A stretch of DNA of 63,330 nt, filler included, from Polymyxa betae A26-41 (GCA_003693705.1; 7 parts of 7 records of this genome joined end to end with filler, not necessarily neighbours in it), one strand, 5' to 3'. Shown: positions 35,144 to 52,123, counted from the whole stretch's first letter. Program-made: numbers and translations. The notes: generated by a model from the sequence alone, not told the origin.

Positions 35144-38100
35144 ATGGATATCGTGGACGGCGCCCAGACTTCCATGACCGGCGGCGACCGCTATATGCCT
35201 TCAGACCGTTCTGAAGAGCCCACTACCATTCCTCTTACTTCGGCGCAGATTGAACGATTCAAGCAGCTGGAACAAGCTGCAAGGTCTGCCTATAGAGATG
35301 CCGGCAAAATTAGGTGCTGAGCGTTCTCTTTGCAGTGTCTTTTATACCTGTCCAAATCCTGAACAGAGGGAGAATGCTCATAGGTTCTTGTTAGAGTTTC
35401 GAGCTGAAGCTGCTGCAGGTAATGTTATTTTTCTCTATCATTGGTCAGGTGTTCATGTCTGGCCTATAGATGTGGGATCGTTGCCGGCGCTTTTAAATTT
35501 GATTGAAACCTGCGCTTCGAATGATGCCGTTGTATTTGCCTGTGCAACATTACGGGAAGTGATTCAGATCAATTGGGACAAGGTCTTACCCGCTCAATGC
35601 AATTATCTTCGTACGCAGGCTACTTTTTATCAACCACGATTGAAATTGATATCCTCTCATAGGAGACGTTTTGCTTAAATGCTTATTCAATTTCGTTTCC
35701 TCATCGCGACCGAACTATGTTGTTACGGGCCTAATCCGGGCAATTTCTTCGATCGTAAAGACAGGTGCATATTTCATATAACGTGTTATTGCTCAATTTA
35801 TCTTGGTAATACTTGTACTTATCTGCAGCGTGGAAGTCGTACTACCCGGATAATCGGAGCGTCCTGTCTCTCACGACACCATTGACGGACTCGTCGGGTT
35901 CCACAAGAGCTCATGCTTGCGCTGCGCTGCAGCTGCTGAATAACATCGTCGTCGATGTGCAGCCAGATATCGGAACGTTTGATCATCTGCAGAGAGCCAT
36001 GACGATTTTATTCAAAGACCAACAGCTCGAGAAGGTCTAGTTCACAATTTTGGATTTGCTGTCTCTGATTTTGCGGTTAGATTCTGCAGCTTGGGTTATC
36101 TGCTTTGCAATCGACTTTGACTCCTGAAGAATTGACATCGAAGGCATTCGATCCATCCAGAATGGTCTTGATGGAGGCGGCGCTGAAATTGGTTTTAGCC
36201 TGCCTTCAATACGATTTCCCAGCAACTGGTACGTTTTTCTGTCAAGGGCTTCCAATTGTATAAATCAATGATATGTGCAGGTTATGCTCCTATTCAGTCA
36301 TTGAATCAGCCACTGCTAGTCCCGTCCGACTGGAAATTCCTCAAAAATGAGGAGACGATACTTTTGTTTTTCAAGGTATTACAAACACCAGTATCTCAGG
36401 GCGATACCGTCAACCTTGCCATTCAATGTTTATCTTGGCTGGTGACACTAAAACGCTCCATGTTTGGTTCAGCAGGCGACCGTCGCGCCTTTCTAAAGGT
36501 GACACGTCTTCTAATCTCACTCTATTGTGTTGACGTTTGCAGGTTTTTATGGACGGAGTGACTTCGATCTTGACGGGACCAATTCAAAGCACGTTTCATT
36601 CTGATTCCGACAACTGCATGCATCTATCTCGACTGATTGATTCAATGCGCTCGACGTTTCCTTTCTCAGATTTCATTCTTGCAGAAAATGCATTTGATAA
36701 CTGGATGATGGCGGTTTATGGGTTTACTTGCAACGCTATCCGTCAAAACCTTTCGTAAGAATTTGAGTTAGGCTGCTGATCGATTATCTTAATTGTTTTT
36801 AGGTGCAAGCAGTGCTTAATTGACACTTGGGCAGCAATCATTGCTTCATCTGGGAAGCAGTCTGCTTCCTTACAATCACATCCGAATCCGCTTTCGCTCC
36901 CTGGACGTGTCCAACGAGTGTTGGAAATATCCCTGAATGTAAGTTCTTCACCTTCTTGTTGCCTCCTTATTTATGATCAATTAAGGTCGTTACCACCTAT
37001 ATTGACGCTGAATTTTCTGTTGCTGAATGTCCTGACGGAGAGGAAGAGGAATACCCCGAACTTGATATCTCAGAGGGCGCCGCTGGTCTCTCCGTTCCTT
37101 CCACATTGAAGAGCATCGCCACTATTATTCGACCTAATGGTAACGACGGACACATTGATAATGTCAACTCTGAAAGCTGACATTCCTATTTCAGCGTATA
37201 ATTTTGCTACGTTCGCACTGACTCGTTTCAATGAAATCATACAGCGCTCAGCCAGTGCTCAAGGAAATGTGTTTGGTAATGATTGCGTTTGGACTATATT
37301 TGTGCTTCCTTATCTGTTATCAGGCCCTTTCCGTGTGTTGGTCGATATGGTCACTTGTTTGATCACAAATCGGGCTGGATCGTCAGGTGCGGCTTTGATG
37401 ACTGAATCTGCTTTAGCCCAACAAAACCAAATTGAGGCGCAACTGTGTGGTCGGGTTTTCGATTTGATCAAACAGACGGATTTGCTTCCTGCAAACAGGT
37501 AACTTCCTTTTCTGTCTCATCAATTGCGTCTTAAAGCAACTGTAGTGTTCCTTTGGAGATATCATTTCTACTGTTCTTGACAGAAATCCATCGCCTGATT
37601 ACGTGTGATGGACCTTCTCCGGAATCACCTTCCAGCATTTCGTTTTTGGAGACTCTGGTTCAGTTTGTTCCTTCTGCTGCTGAGGCTCCTGGCATGAACG
37701 ATAGCGTAGGCTAGCATTTGCTAATGACCTATGTCAGCTCAGATTGCGATTGTTGTAGGGTGACGCTCATGATAGCCCATTGCAGAAGCTGTCGATCACC
37801 CTGCTGGATATCATGGTCATGAAAGTATCGCGTAACCTCTCTGTGTGGTCTTCATCATCATTACCTGGGGCACACTTCGTTATTGGTGCCTCATTGGCAC
37901 TGCTCGATTCGCTTGCTTATGGCGTTCGAATTCGATTTAGCTCTTCCCATCCTCTGGTCCCTTCTCTTTACTGTATCCCTAAGGTCGGCGTTTTCACATT
38001 TTTTCTGAAACTCAGATGCATCGCTATTCTGTTTGCCTTCTTTCCGGTATTGTGTCTAACATTCGAAAGGTTTATTCAAATGGACGGATTTTGCTGCAGT

Positions 38101-40068
38101 CATCTTTTGTACGCCATCTCCTGCATTCTGCCGAATCCGACACGTCCGATCAAAAGTATGGCTTTATCATAATACCTTCTTATTCTCATCTTGAAATTAG
38201 ATGGCCTTTTCTCTCATTGCCAGCATTTAAGAAGCATCGCACTGCCTTTTATACCACAGTCTCCAGACTGTTCTTTCTCCAAGACGACTATCTTGTAACT
38301 CTTTCGTTTTTTGAGGTCCACTTGTTGACATTTCATCAGATCGAATCAAATTGGGATGCTTTTACCAGCTCTATAGCACGAGCTGCCAATCAGATCAAGA
38401 ACTCTTTAGGCCAAACTCCAGGCTACCAACAAAACTCGCTTATTGTCGGCTGGCTCAGCGATCTGAGAGGGCTTTTCCATGCGACCAACAGATCGGTCAC
38501 GTACAATTTCGCCTTGGAATGGCTCGTTCCTGATTTCTTGTAACTCACCTGGTCGAAATGTTGTTCCGCTATTTGACTTGTTTATAGAAATCTGCTGGTG
38601 CAGATTGCCATCCAATATGCCAACGACTTCAGGCTAATGTATCACATTATTCGTCTATTAGCTGAGATCCTCGACAATTCCACGAAAAGGATGCAGTTTG
38701 ATCGTTCGGATTCGACTCCATTTGAACTATTCCAGGGCTGTGCGAAAATCATTGGTTTGTTTGCCTCCTCCCAGGGTGCTATTAAAGTCCACGTATGACT
38801 ACAATGGTTTCTGGTATCTTTGTACTGACCATCCTCCAGGCTCCTCAGATTGATTTGGATGAAGATGACGATGATTACAACGATGACGATGATGATGTTC
38901 GTAACTCATCTTCCGCTGTTCATGATGAACAGAAATGGTCCAAATATCGCTGTTTGATACAGTCTATGTTGACCTTTCGCCGAATTCTTGCTGGACAATT
39001 CGTCAACTTTGGTATCCTTCAGCTATATAATGATTCCAGTGTCGGAGCCCTACAATCCATTTTACATGCAGCACTGGCGATCCCGTCTTCAGATCTGGGC
39101 TGTTATCCGAAATTGGAAGACACCGTATTTCCATTCATTGAAGCCTACTGTGTCCAATTCGTGATGGAATTCCTGCACTTCGATGATGTCAAATTTTTCG
39201 CTTTGCTGAACCTGTTTAAATACGCTCTCGTTAACTCGAACTCACTCAAGCCGCATGCTGTTGCTTGTGTATTTAATTCGGTGGCCACCATCACCGGCCA
39301 TTTAGTACATGTGTGTGTTTTCTTGTTTGTTGTGTTTTTTCTAAATCTGTCTGTATAGGTCCGCTATGGAGCAGGTGGTGCTCATATATCATCTCTCGAT
39401 CTGAAGACAGTCAGTACTCACATCAGTATCCGACAAGATCAATATATTCAGTTCTTGAATCTTGCTATCGAATGTGTCCTTCAGGCGACACATCTGGACA
39501 AATGGAGTATAGCCGGTCCTATATTTAACTTACTGATATTATATCCCAAAGAAACCATATCCACCATATTATCTCAGTTCAAATCTCATTTCACTGTCGA
39601 GAACGACCCGCAAATCGTAATAGCCAATCAATCCCTCTTGTTTCGTTATTTATGACCATCTGTATTCAGATTGATGGCGCGTTTAGGTTAATGATCGATT
39701 CGGTATTCTCATCGCCGTTATTGAATTCATCTAAGCCTGGCGCAATGAATTCGCTTTTCTTCTACGACAATGAATTCACTTTCCTCATCGATGAGGAATC
39801 ATTCTTGAACGCATCAGGTTCGGAGGATTCACCGCACAGCCCTGTCATGGATCAAGAACGTTTCACCCAGGAAGACAACGTTCCTCCAGAACAGGTAATC
39901 GTTAAATTTGCAGAGCTTGCTTTGGCGATGCTAACACTCAATCTATAGAAAATCAACGACCTTCGTGAAGTAATTCGGCGAACCAAAGGGCGTTGTATTG
40001 GATCCGTGCGAACTCGATTCGTGGATCGTTTCGCGAATTTCTACAGGAGATTTAGATTGTCGATTTGA
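35144..40068 (+). CDS. XPO7: Exportin-7/RanBP17-like karyopherin, multi-exon
   Basis: LACLQYDF, LLVPSDWK, CLSWLVTLKRSMFG..DRRAFL, KHRTAFYTTVSRL, DLRGLF...FALEWL, LLAEILDNSTKRMQFD, GQFVNFGILQLYND, WSIAGPIFNL; short GT-AG introns; exact boundaries approximate. Confidence 0.88.
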
Positions 40069-40273
40069 ATGTTCATCTCTATTAAAGCCAAAGTGATTTT
40101 CGACGTTTTCGACCGTAGCCGCAAATCTTCATCTTGGATCGAAATGTTAGTACGGAATGATCTTGATCATGTGCCTTTGAAGTTGTAGATAAATATCGAT
40201 CGATATAGAGTCGGTTGATCGAGTTTCTATCAGTGTTGGATCTCTGTCGAGTTCTTTACAATTAAACATCTAC

Positions 40274-42714
<2,441 letters not shown>

Positions 42715-43422
42715 ATCGCAGCATCCATTACATTATTTATATGAGGTGTTGCAGGAGAACAGATGATCATGATCCTTGGATCCTGACAATATTGGTTTAG
42801 CGTCTCGACAATATATTAATGATAAAATTGTACATGTACATTGACAATATACTCAATACTCATCTATACAATATAACTAGCAAATGGATGGGTTTCAATG
42901 ACTAACAATAAGGAGGAATTCATAAAACTGTCTACTCTCCATCCAGTCAATGTTTACTATGATTATTCAGATGATGACTGTTACCGAACGTCATGAGACT
43001 TTCGAAGTACACAAAAATACTTTGGTGTAGCCCCAACATCACACTGGGCGACATTTGAAAGGGAATGCTGCCGTCGAGAACATTCCCATAAACCTGTACT
43101 GAAAGGCAGAAAGGCAGTATGACCTTGCCCACCGAGATAATATTTAGCTAAGGAATCATTTCATTGGATTGAGAATGCTAAACAAACAGAAACAGGCAAT
43201 TCGGCTTGAGAGTCGAAATGCACTGATATTAAAACCCTGAACCATCAGAACGGAAGTTGAAACTGTCCAGACCGAAGACAATCTGCAATAAGTATAAGGC
43301 GCTGTTGAGAGACTACAGAAAGATTCTGATCTAGATTCTGATAACATTGTTTAGCATCTTGACAATATATATTAGAGATAAGTTGCACAATGACAATAAA
43401 CGAATAATGTAACGACGATGAA

Positions 43423-46400
43423 CTAGAATACGGTCCTGAATACAGATTCGATAGCGCTTGTTACAAGTTGATGGGATGAGCGACATGTCACTCTCATGGC
43501 TTCGTTTTTCACTTCGACCCTGTCATCCAGTTATAAATCCATTTACAAGTATGCAGGCTGTAGCCAACCTGATCAACATTGGTGCTTGAGATGTCATTCC
43601 GGGGGCAACCAGATGATTGAAGTTTGCAGAACCGACAATCGAGCGGCCACTGGGGTCGATATCAGCAACAATATGATATCGGAGACCTTCAAAAAAGACA
43701 ATCAGAATATTAATAAGCGTGTTGTCTCAAACAGAACCAGTGGTGATTTGTTCGACTACAGTGCTGGGAACGAAAGCGCTCTGATTGAACGATTGTAAAA
43801 TAAACTGATGATCATTGGCTGCGTTTTGCTGCCACGATTCAACAAAAGCTTGCCCTGAGAGAGGGTTCGGTGACGTGAATCTAACCGCAGTGGTTTGAGA
43901 GCCATGAAATGGGAATAAAGAAGCAGAATGGTGCTTACAAATTGATAGCAACTGGAAGGGTCAATCTGATATTGATTGGGGATCCGTGATATGTCATCGT
44001 GAGTACGCTTGGTAATTGTGAAGGGAATGGATGAGTAACCTGCCAAAGAAGATACACAGGTTCTTGAGCTTTGGGATTTAAAGTGAATGGTTGGTCAGGT
44101 TTTCTCTGGACCCGAATTCCTTTACATTAACATGAATAATGATTATAGAGAATAACAGTGTTCAAGACCTTTGTTCTGAGCAATGTCAAGATTGACATCA
44201 ACCAAAGGCGCTGTGCTTTTGTTTCCGAAATATAGGATCATCTTGGCGTGCGAAGTGTCTTCAACCTAAGAATCGTCTTTAGCTGAACGGAAGAAAGGAA
44301 TATAAAGATGGGACCTGAATTATTGCCCCAATCTGTAGGGCATCGCATTCATACACGACGCCTTTGTTGGTCAGCAGAACCTGACGAATTACAGATACAT
44401 CTTGTTGAGGGAAAGGATCTACATCCTCTTTAATACCACCTATAACATCAGTGAGCGATTATTTTCTGAGTTTGCATACTAAACTGGGAAAGTATTCTAA
44501 GCCTTGAACAAATTAATATTGCAAAAAAGACATTACCAAGAAGATCGCCCATAGATAGAAGATCATGTATTTTATGATGAGGAGAGGGAGAACGAGTGCT
44601 GCTTTCAGATTCCGTTTCATCAGTCTGTATGAGATTAGTGACGGTTAGAGCTCAAAGCAATATTTGAAACTTCTAACTGAATACCTCTTGATCAGCGCTG
44701 AACTCGTTCTATCAAATGTCAGAAAAACGGAAGCAGGAAACGCATAGCGGAATCAGACCTTGTGACGCCTTGGAGACGAACTGGAAGATTGAGATTCGGT
44801 TTCCGATTCATCTTGAAAGTCAGCGTCATCATCATCCAAGTCGTCATCATCATCGTCGTTGTCGCTTTGCTGATTATTGGACTGTCAACACATAAGAACT
44901 TCACAACATATTTAAGTAAGTAATCGACCTTAGACAGGGCGGATTCATCTGGTTGTTTCAAATGCTGTAGCAACGCCGAGGCTCTCTCTGGGAAAGCAGG
45001 CATCATTTCCCAAACGGCCGACTGTATAAGGATCAGCCTCTGGACATTGCAAGATGGAATGTATTCCCACCATTAGTTCTTGGTTCGAGTATCCCAACAT
45101 TTCATTATATTCGACGGCGCGTTGTTGCAACTCATCGTCAATAAAGGAACGCAATCTGTAAATTGCAATGCGTTGATAGATTGCAGCGCAAAGAAACAGG
45201 CAGAAAACCTACGACTGCATAACTTTTGCAATTGCTGGTTTTAAATGAGGATAAAGATTCCACATTTTCATAAAAGTTGAGAGTAGCAAAGCCTGAATTG
45301 GGTACGATGCTGAGGCAAACCTCGAATGTAAGAGTAAAAACTGTGATTTTGACGAGGCGTGCTCCTCGATTAAATGCCCAAACTCTCCTAGAAAGCTCAT
45401 GTCACATGTTCCATTCCAAGACAAAATGGATGCGACGTTTACCTAGAATGTAGCCTCCAAGCTTTGTGAGTGTATCGTGCGATTTCGGCTTACTCAGGGC
45501 ATCATAAACGGCCTGCATTAGACATAAGAACAGCGAGCGTATTTATTGGAAAACAGCGAATTTAAAGAAGCTCCATTGAAAACGAAACGTCCAACATTCG
45601 GAGAGCCTACCTGAGCAGCATATGCTTGTAGATTGTCATTATTGGTAACGACTTGAATGACCCGATACCAAATATCGTTGCAAACAAAATCTCCAGCAAG
45701 CTGAATTAATTTCAAAATCACATCGATATACCACCGGTCATCCATGGCGAAATTCTCCGCCTGAGGAATACGTTGAAGGAAATAACTTCAATAAGAAGCT
45801 GATTACCAGGATAGCAATTTTGAGGACCATCTCTTCACGAATTGCATATTCGGAATCAGCTAGAGCAGTGAGAAGCTCCATAACGATATCAGCTGAATTA
45901 GTCTTATCGCACATATTGAAAATGACGTCCAAGGCACGCTTTTTCAAGTAAACGTCGTTGTCTTTGAGCATAGACAGAACGACCGGCTGATGAGCTTTGA
46001 TGGCATCTAAAAGGATTCAGTCACTCAAAGCTTGAAAAAAAAGTTCGAACAACCTAAGGTTCCTGTGATCTTTGAAAGCTTCGACATAGTCTCCAGCGAT
46101 AATGCTCTGATCGAACATGTCAACTGATTTAAACTGTGTTAAGTCAGCCCAACCTGAGATTGGTGTCGGCAACAGAAATGCAGCTTCCAAGCAGCGTGAT
46201 GGATTTAGCTAATAGATCATGAGATCCGGCCAAATTATAATGCATAATGAGATTGATGGTCTCGAAAAGGATCGCGTGGATCGCATTCGATTTATTTGCC
46301 GATTTTGCGTTCGGTTTAACACCCAGTGGCTCTTTGCATCCTTCTTCAATGATCTTCGCCAATAAACCAAGAAGCCTACATTTGCAGATGTCAAGGTCAA

Positions 46401-47472
46401 AAGCGCAGAGCAACAAATACCGAGACTTCCTACCGAGCATAGAGCGTTGGAGCATCTGGCGAAGGAAATAGTTGAAGGAATCGCAAGATTATAGATTGCA
46501 GCCATGGGCAGCCTTGTGAATAATAAACATATCCTCTCTCGATGTCGCGATTGTGTAATTTATCGAGCCAGTTTATACACCTTGGAATTGCATTGACGTA
46601 ATGTTCGGGCTCGTACGCTGCAAGACCCAAAAGCAGCGACATAACAGAAAGCACAACGCCTAAAAAGTGTCAAAGCAGGAAATAATAAATGGCAGGAAAA
46701 TAAAACCGGACGGAAATAAGTAGATAAATGCAAAGACCTAAATTTGGGGTTTCGAGCATATCGATGAATCGAGGTGCCCAGGCCTCATTCTGAATCACTT
46801 CCGGGTATTTCTTAAACAGACGTAACAGACAAAGTGCCGCTTTCTTCTTCACCATATCACGCGACGAGCCTGTTGACGAAGTTCAAAAACTTGCCATTTG
46901 AACAATGAAAAAATAACAGACCGGAAACTAGTAGACGCTGAACATCTCCAACTAGCGTCTCTGCAAATTCTTCACCGCCGACATTGGCGATACAGGTCAG
47001 CGCTAAACACTGAAAGTTCTCATTTTTCGAATTCAGATCGTTTTTTATAGATTGGATGATAAGTCGAAGAATATCATTCTAAATATCGTGTCAACAGACA
47101 ATCGTTCTGTAAAAGCGTTGTTGGCCAACCTGTTCTGTAAGCATCAATGTACATGCGACATAGCCGACGTTCTTCTCGCTGTATTTTTGTGAAGATATCA
47201 AGCTCACAGCCTCCATATGGCCAAAATCAATATCCACGCCCAGCATCATCATGTAGATAATTTTCCAGATGTATTTTTTAAGCTGGTATCCACCAATATT
47301 CGGCTGGGAGAACTTCTGCCGAATATTACCGAGTTCTTTGTCTATACGTCGCTGTTCAGCTTCTTTCGACGTACCTAGATGGAAATTTAACCAGATCCCC
47401 ATGGTAAAAGTGATTTGGTTACATACATTGTCGAATATCGGTTATAAAAACAGTTAAGCCACGCATGGCCAT
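43423..47472 (-). CDS. AP2A: AP-2 complex subunit alpha (alpha-adaptin), multi-exon
   Basis: MRGLTVFITDIR, SKEAEQRRIDKELGNIRQKF, GYQLKKYIWK, DFGHMEAV, VKKKAALCLLRL, IREEMVLKIAIL, IWYRVIQVVTN, ELQQRAVEY, MPAFPER; appendage domain ending MRVTCRS...VF*. Confidence 0.95.
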
Positions 47473-48009
47473 GATGATAGAGCTTGCCTACAAAGATCAA
47501 ATTACTTTAGAGACAGACGACAGCCTAAGAGCACAAGAACGTTGGGATGAGGCCGCGCTCAACATGCTGAGAGGAGAGGTTCGGCAGTGATGAGAGTGGC
47601 CTCTCCTCCATCATACATACAGTACCATGTCATGTCATTGTTAACGTCGATCTTGCTTAGTAAGATGGTTGCCATGGCATGTTATAACGGGAATATCATG
47701 GCCCATGGTTTGGGAATCGTTCATAAGTGAACTTGTCAATGAGTTCTTCATTTTGTTTCCAAGCTGATTTCAAAACGAATATCGCTGAACATTTGGGTGA
47801 TGTAAGCTGGCTCACAATCGATGTCTAAATAAAAACCGATCGTCTCTATTTTCTATGGACTTCTTGTTAGCTAATTATACTTTTCTAACATCACAAGGCC
47901 GATCGCCTTCAACCAGGAAACTTTATATCCTGACATTTCAACGATGCAAAGGTCCAAATACTTTACTAAAAACAGTTCACTGACGAGGACCCTGAGTGAA
48001 CATGTTCCA

Positions 48010-48332
48010 TGTATGACTCCCTAGCAGCAGTTAATTAGATATCTATAGAGAGCACCGGAGCCCATATCAATCCTCTGTACAGTATAGCGTCGTGATGTTG
48101 AGACTTGAGAAGCTACAGGGCCAATGATTCCGGAAGCAGGCATGAACATACAGCATACATACTTACGTACAGACTGACACAATTCATAAATATATATCAG
48201 ATGGACAGGAGGAACGCTGAGGGACGTCAATTGGTCAGGATCAGCCGACTGCGTTGGATCCCAAAAATTCAGTTAAAGACGGCAACATGGCGTTATAGTG
48301 GCGGGATCTCGTAATCAGTACGATCTCTTACA
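48010..48332. mobile_element. Possible solo LTR
   Basis: TGTATGA...TCTTACA termini and a central TATA-like run; no TSD found. Confidence 0.4.
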
Positions 48333-49207
48333 ATAACCATAACATATTTAGAACTTCCTCTCTGGATTCAGTTCTGTTGTTTCGTATTTCTCTTGCTTCC
48401 ATTCCTAACCCAAACGATACATTAGAAGGCAATGTGCGTCCTGAATATCTTTTGACCGCTGACCTCAATCCGTGCCTTCTGCCAGCATTCGAATATTGTT
48501 GTAAGTCATGGAAATACGTCGTCTTACGTCACTGAAACGGCTCTGAGAAACTGACGGCACTACCGCCCACGAGGGCCAGTACGTTGGGCGGCACGATCGC
48601 CGCTTAACACGCTGGTTGCGTACTGAACCCTAAATGAACAAACATATCTGCGCCCTGCAATTGAAGATCATTAGACGATGGTTGTTGCCATCTCGCCTCC
48701 GAGGGATGTAGGCAGACCAATGGCGAGTTCCAGCACACAGAACAGATTGTATCACCATCCTCTCAGGACATGAACATGGAATAAATTGATTTAGCATCAT
48801 CCCTCGAAACGTTTCGGCCGTTAACAGGTAAATATCACCAGGACGAAATAACGAGGAAGCTCCTCGCTGCATCAAGATTGAACTCCTGTTCTATTCTCCG
48901 GAATGGTGAGAGATGACTATTTGGCGTATTTGGTCTGATTTAGCATTAATCATCATATATGACGAGTGTAAGAGCTATCAGGAGGAGTATTGGCTGCATT
49001 CAGACGTTTCAACCTGGAGATGTCTTCAGGCAAACCTAAAGCCACGGTCGTGGTTCATCGCCCGGGAGATTGTCTGGTCATCCGGTTATGCATCGGGCAC
49101 ACATTGCTAACGGTCTGGCAGCGCTTTGGTTCCGTTTCTGATCGTTACCTGCTATCCAGATCCAGAGGATTTCTGTTCATATAACGGGGACGATGTGAGA
49201 CGCCTTA

Positions 49208-49688
49208 GCCGTGACGGTCGTAGTGCGGTGGTCAGGTGTTTGGACTGTAAGCCTTGGGTCTTGAGTTCAACTCCCGTCCATGGGGATTATTTGTGATGAA
49301 TTCCATGCATTACATTCCTACATGGTACCAAATTTAGGAAGTGTCACGTTCTGTGACTCGTTCAGTGGAAGGGTACGGCGGTGCAACCCCCCGTACGGAT
49401 TGGTCCAGTACTACCCCGATACTGAATAGCTCCTATATTGGTAGGTCTATGCTCAGATAACTGGTCAACAGTTAACTGCTCTCAGAGGCCGTTGGAGCAG
49501 GCAACGCCTTCATAAAAAGTTGCCGTGGAAGGGTGAAATTCCGGTATCTCTGAACCCCAGAGAACTCTGAGTATCCGGCGAAGCTGTTACGTTACAACTT
49601 CGATCTCAGAGCCCTGTGTGTGATGGGAAAGATCACCGCCCTGCTGTATAATCACCTAAACTAGTCTAATCCAATCCAATCCAATCCA
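49208..49688 (+). mobile_element. tRNA-derived SINE with (TCCAA)n tail and TSD
   Basis: A-box tagtgcggtgg 49221-49231; B-box gagttcaactcc 49263-49274; tail (tccaa)4; TSD atgtgagacgcc at 49193-49204 and 49689-49700. Confidence 0.9.
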
Positions 49689-50468
49689 ATGTGAGACGCC
49701 ATACGTCGCGTATTGAGCGCTCAAATGTGGGAGGGAATGAGTTGGGCCATGGTCGACCTGTGGGCAATCGTTATTAAGCTGCAGCTCATTGCGAGTTTCG
49801 CAGCTCAGAAAGTCACTTGTAGGAGCGCAGGCGTGAGACAGCAAAAATCCTTGAATGATCTTCAGAGAAGGTCAGAATTGAAATCGCATTTGGGAAGCTG
49901 CAAAGGTAGCCAATGTTGTCAACCTCAATCCCGAAATGTTCCCTAGTTGAGATAGCCTGTGAAATCTCCAAACAAATTTGATTAGACAACTGCAGAGCGT
50001 CATAAACTCGATATGCTTTTGAATATATTTATAAAAGGCATTCCGGGTAGCAACTCTGCCGAATTTTCATGATGCGATCGCCACACGTTCCAACTTGGCG
50101 AACGACTCTTAATAGTTATGGTGTCAGGGCGACGACTTTGTATCCTGCTGCATAGGTTTGTTTGTCTCGCGGACGAACCATCAAATNNNNNNNNNNNNNN
50201 NNNNNNNNNNNNNNNNNNNNNNNNNNNNNNTTAATTAATTAANNNNNNNNNNNNNNNNNNNNNNNNNNNNNNNNNNNNNNNNNNNNAATGGACTCCGTGA
50301 CGGAATAACCGGTCTGGATCTGGGAGCTGGAATACAAACTGAATTTTGCTTCGATCTTGAAGCTTGAATTCAAAGAATTGCTACAAAGACGTCTTATCTA
50401 GCACAAGATGACTGTGATGATTACAGAAGGAGAGTCTCCGAATCATTCTGACGCAATGTCAGTCGAAT

Positions 50469-50920
50469 ATGACGAGGATGACTCCAGATATGAAGCGACG
50501 AACGAGGAAGGCCTTGAAGAAGACAATGGAAATGAAGATGTCGGTGACGACAGCGACAGCTATAGACAATGGTACATTCTCTAACGCTGATATTGTTCGG
50601 CAACAGAGCGATTACCAAACAGAAGAACTGGCTGACAGTAAAGGTAACAGCCATCGGGGGAAGGGACAGCTGGAGATCTCAGTTGACGATATGACGGATC
50701 AGGATCTTGAAGGTTGGATGGACAGTTTCCTGACCTCCGATGCGTTACTGGATAAAAAGTTGAAGACCGTGAAGATGGATCCAAGCATCACACCGCCCAG
50801 CGGCCGCGTGATGGCAATGATGATACGTTTGGACCAAATTGCTGAAGAAAACGGATGGGGTGATGTCTTTAAAGAAGAAGAGGAAGGAAGAAAGCGGAAG
50901 GTAAAATATCTGCTCAATGG
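50469..50920 (+). mobile_element. Gypsy gag fragment
   Basis: DDMTDQDLEGWM...EGRKRKVKYLL parallels the gag at 13511 (DSEQLLSWM...DGRKLKIQYLV). Confidence 0.65.
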
Positions 50921-51464
50921 TTATCGGTATCTAATTGCTCAGATTTAAGCAAATCAGGCTCTCTTGTAGGTTTCGTTGACGATGGAGCCTGAAAGGAAAG
51001 TGCCATCCACAATTACCGGGTCGGCAGTGCCTTGAATTTCCTGTGATGGCAGATTTGAAGCAGGACGGCCAGCGCTCGGTGGTCAAGGCCGGGACTCGCA
51101 GATCGTGACTATTCATTTGCGGCTCCCGGTAGGATGCAGACTAACTTCGTCGGAGGCCTATTCAGGAGGAAGGCCGCTAAAGTTACGAAGTGGACGCAAA
51201 CGATTCCACTTGAGTCAGTGTCATAATCGAAACATCTCTTTCCGAACGCGATATTTGACATCTTGACTCTTGAGTATCTCAGAAGTTCGGAAAGTGTCGA
51301 ACAATTAGAAGTTTTCCAAAATAAAACGATAGCAATAGAATCACACAAAGCGCGATGTTTTGGAGGCATTGTCTCTCAATATCGAAGGAATTCCAACAAA
51401 AGTGCACAGCCAACATCAACGTTGTTTTCATCAATGTGACAATATAAACCACGAGCTACTTAAA

Positions 51465-51893
51465 AATCAAAAATTCACGCATCCATAGCCCTCTGAGTTA
51501 ACGAATAGGGCCAGAAAAAAGTACTGGCAAGAAATCATGATATTCATAGAAAATGATACAGAAAACATTCTTTGTAGAAAATTGTCATCACCGGAGATCT
51601 GAATACCCGCGATAAAAAACTTGGAGCCAGTCACAACGAAACTCATCACTATATGGACGGGTTGCGAGTATTGTTGGAATGGGCTAGAGGGATTATTGCC
51701 CGACGCTTTGGATTCAGCTCCATTATCTTCGATTCGAAAATCTGTTCGACAATATTTCCGTTGCATGGATGCATATCTGTTGAATATGGTCGCAACTGGA
51801 AAACCTTTCCATATTTTAACACCAATGCCAATCGAATATGCCGTTTGGCAAGGTCATCGAACAGCTATTTTTCACGAACTTGAAAAAAAATAG
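51465..51893 (+). pseudogene. Degenerate C-terminus of an IS630/Tc1-related DDE transposase
   Basis: LPDALDSAPLSSIRKSVRQYFRCMDAY resembles the ALDSV...IRR...R.MDAY tail of fungal/protist Tc1-like transposases. Confidence 0.6.
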
Positions 51894-52123
51894 CTGACCT
51901 AAGAAAAGTCAGAATCGAATTGAGACAATTGTATAGTTAAATTGTCCGCTACTGTAACAGACATAGACTCAATTAGTTTGAACAGTTCAGAGAATCATGC
52001 GTTTCATTGCTGTTGCAAGTTTAAAAGTTTACAGAGTGAGAAATTGGGAAGAATGTACTGAAGATTGAGCAGGACATTGTCCGGTATATTCAGGACAGTG
52101 ATTCTGTTCAAATTGATAATGAT

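Noticed and set aside
42947-43347. Small gene between GRK and AP2A
   Set aside because: No consistent spliced ORF or motif; could be UTR.
47951-47992. Type II hammerhead (ggtcc...ctgacga-ggacc)
   Set aside because: The GAAA core lacks its G, and no convincing stems I or III form.
48340-49190. LINE RT or recombinase relic
   Set aside because: Only vague motif resemblance across multiple stops.
49208-49285. Functional tRNA-Tyr gene
   Set aside because: The cloverleaf arms are imperfect; it is the head of a TSD-flanked SINE.
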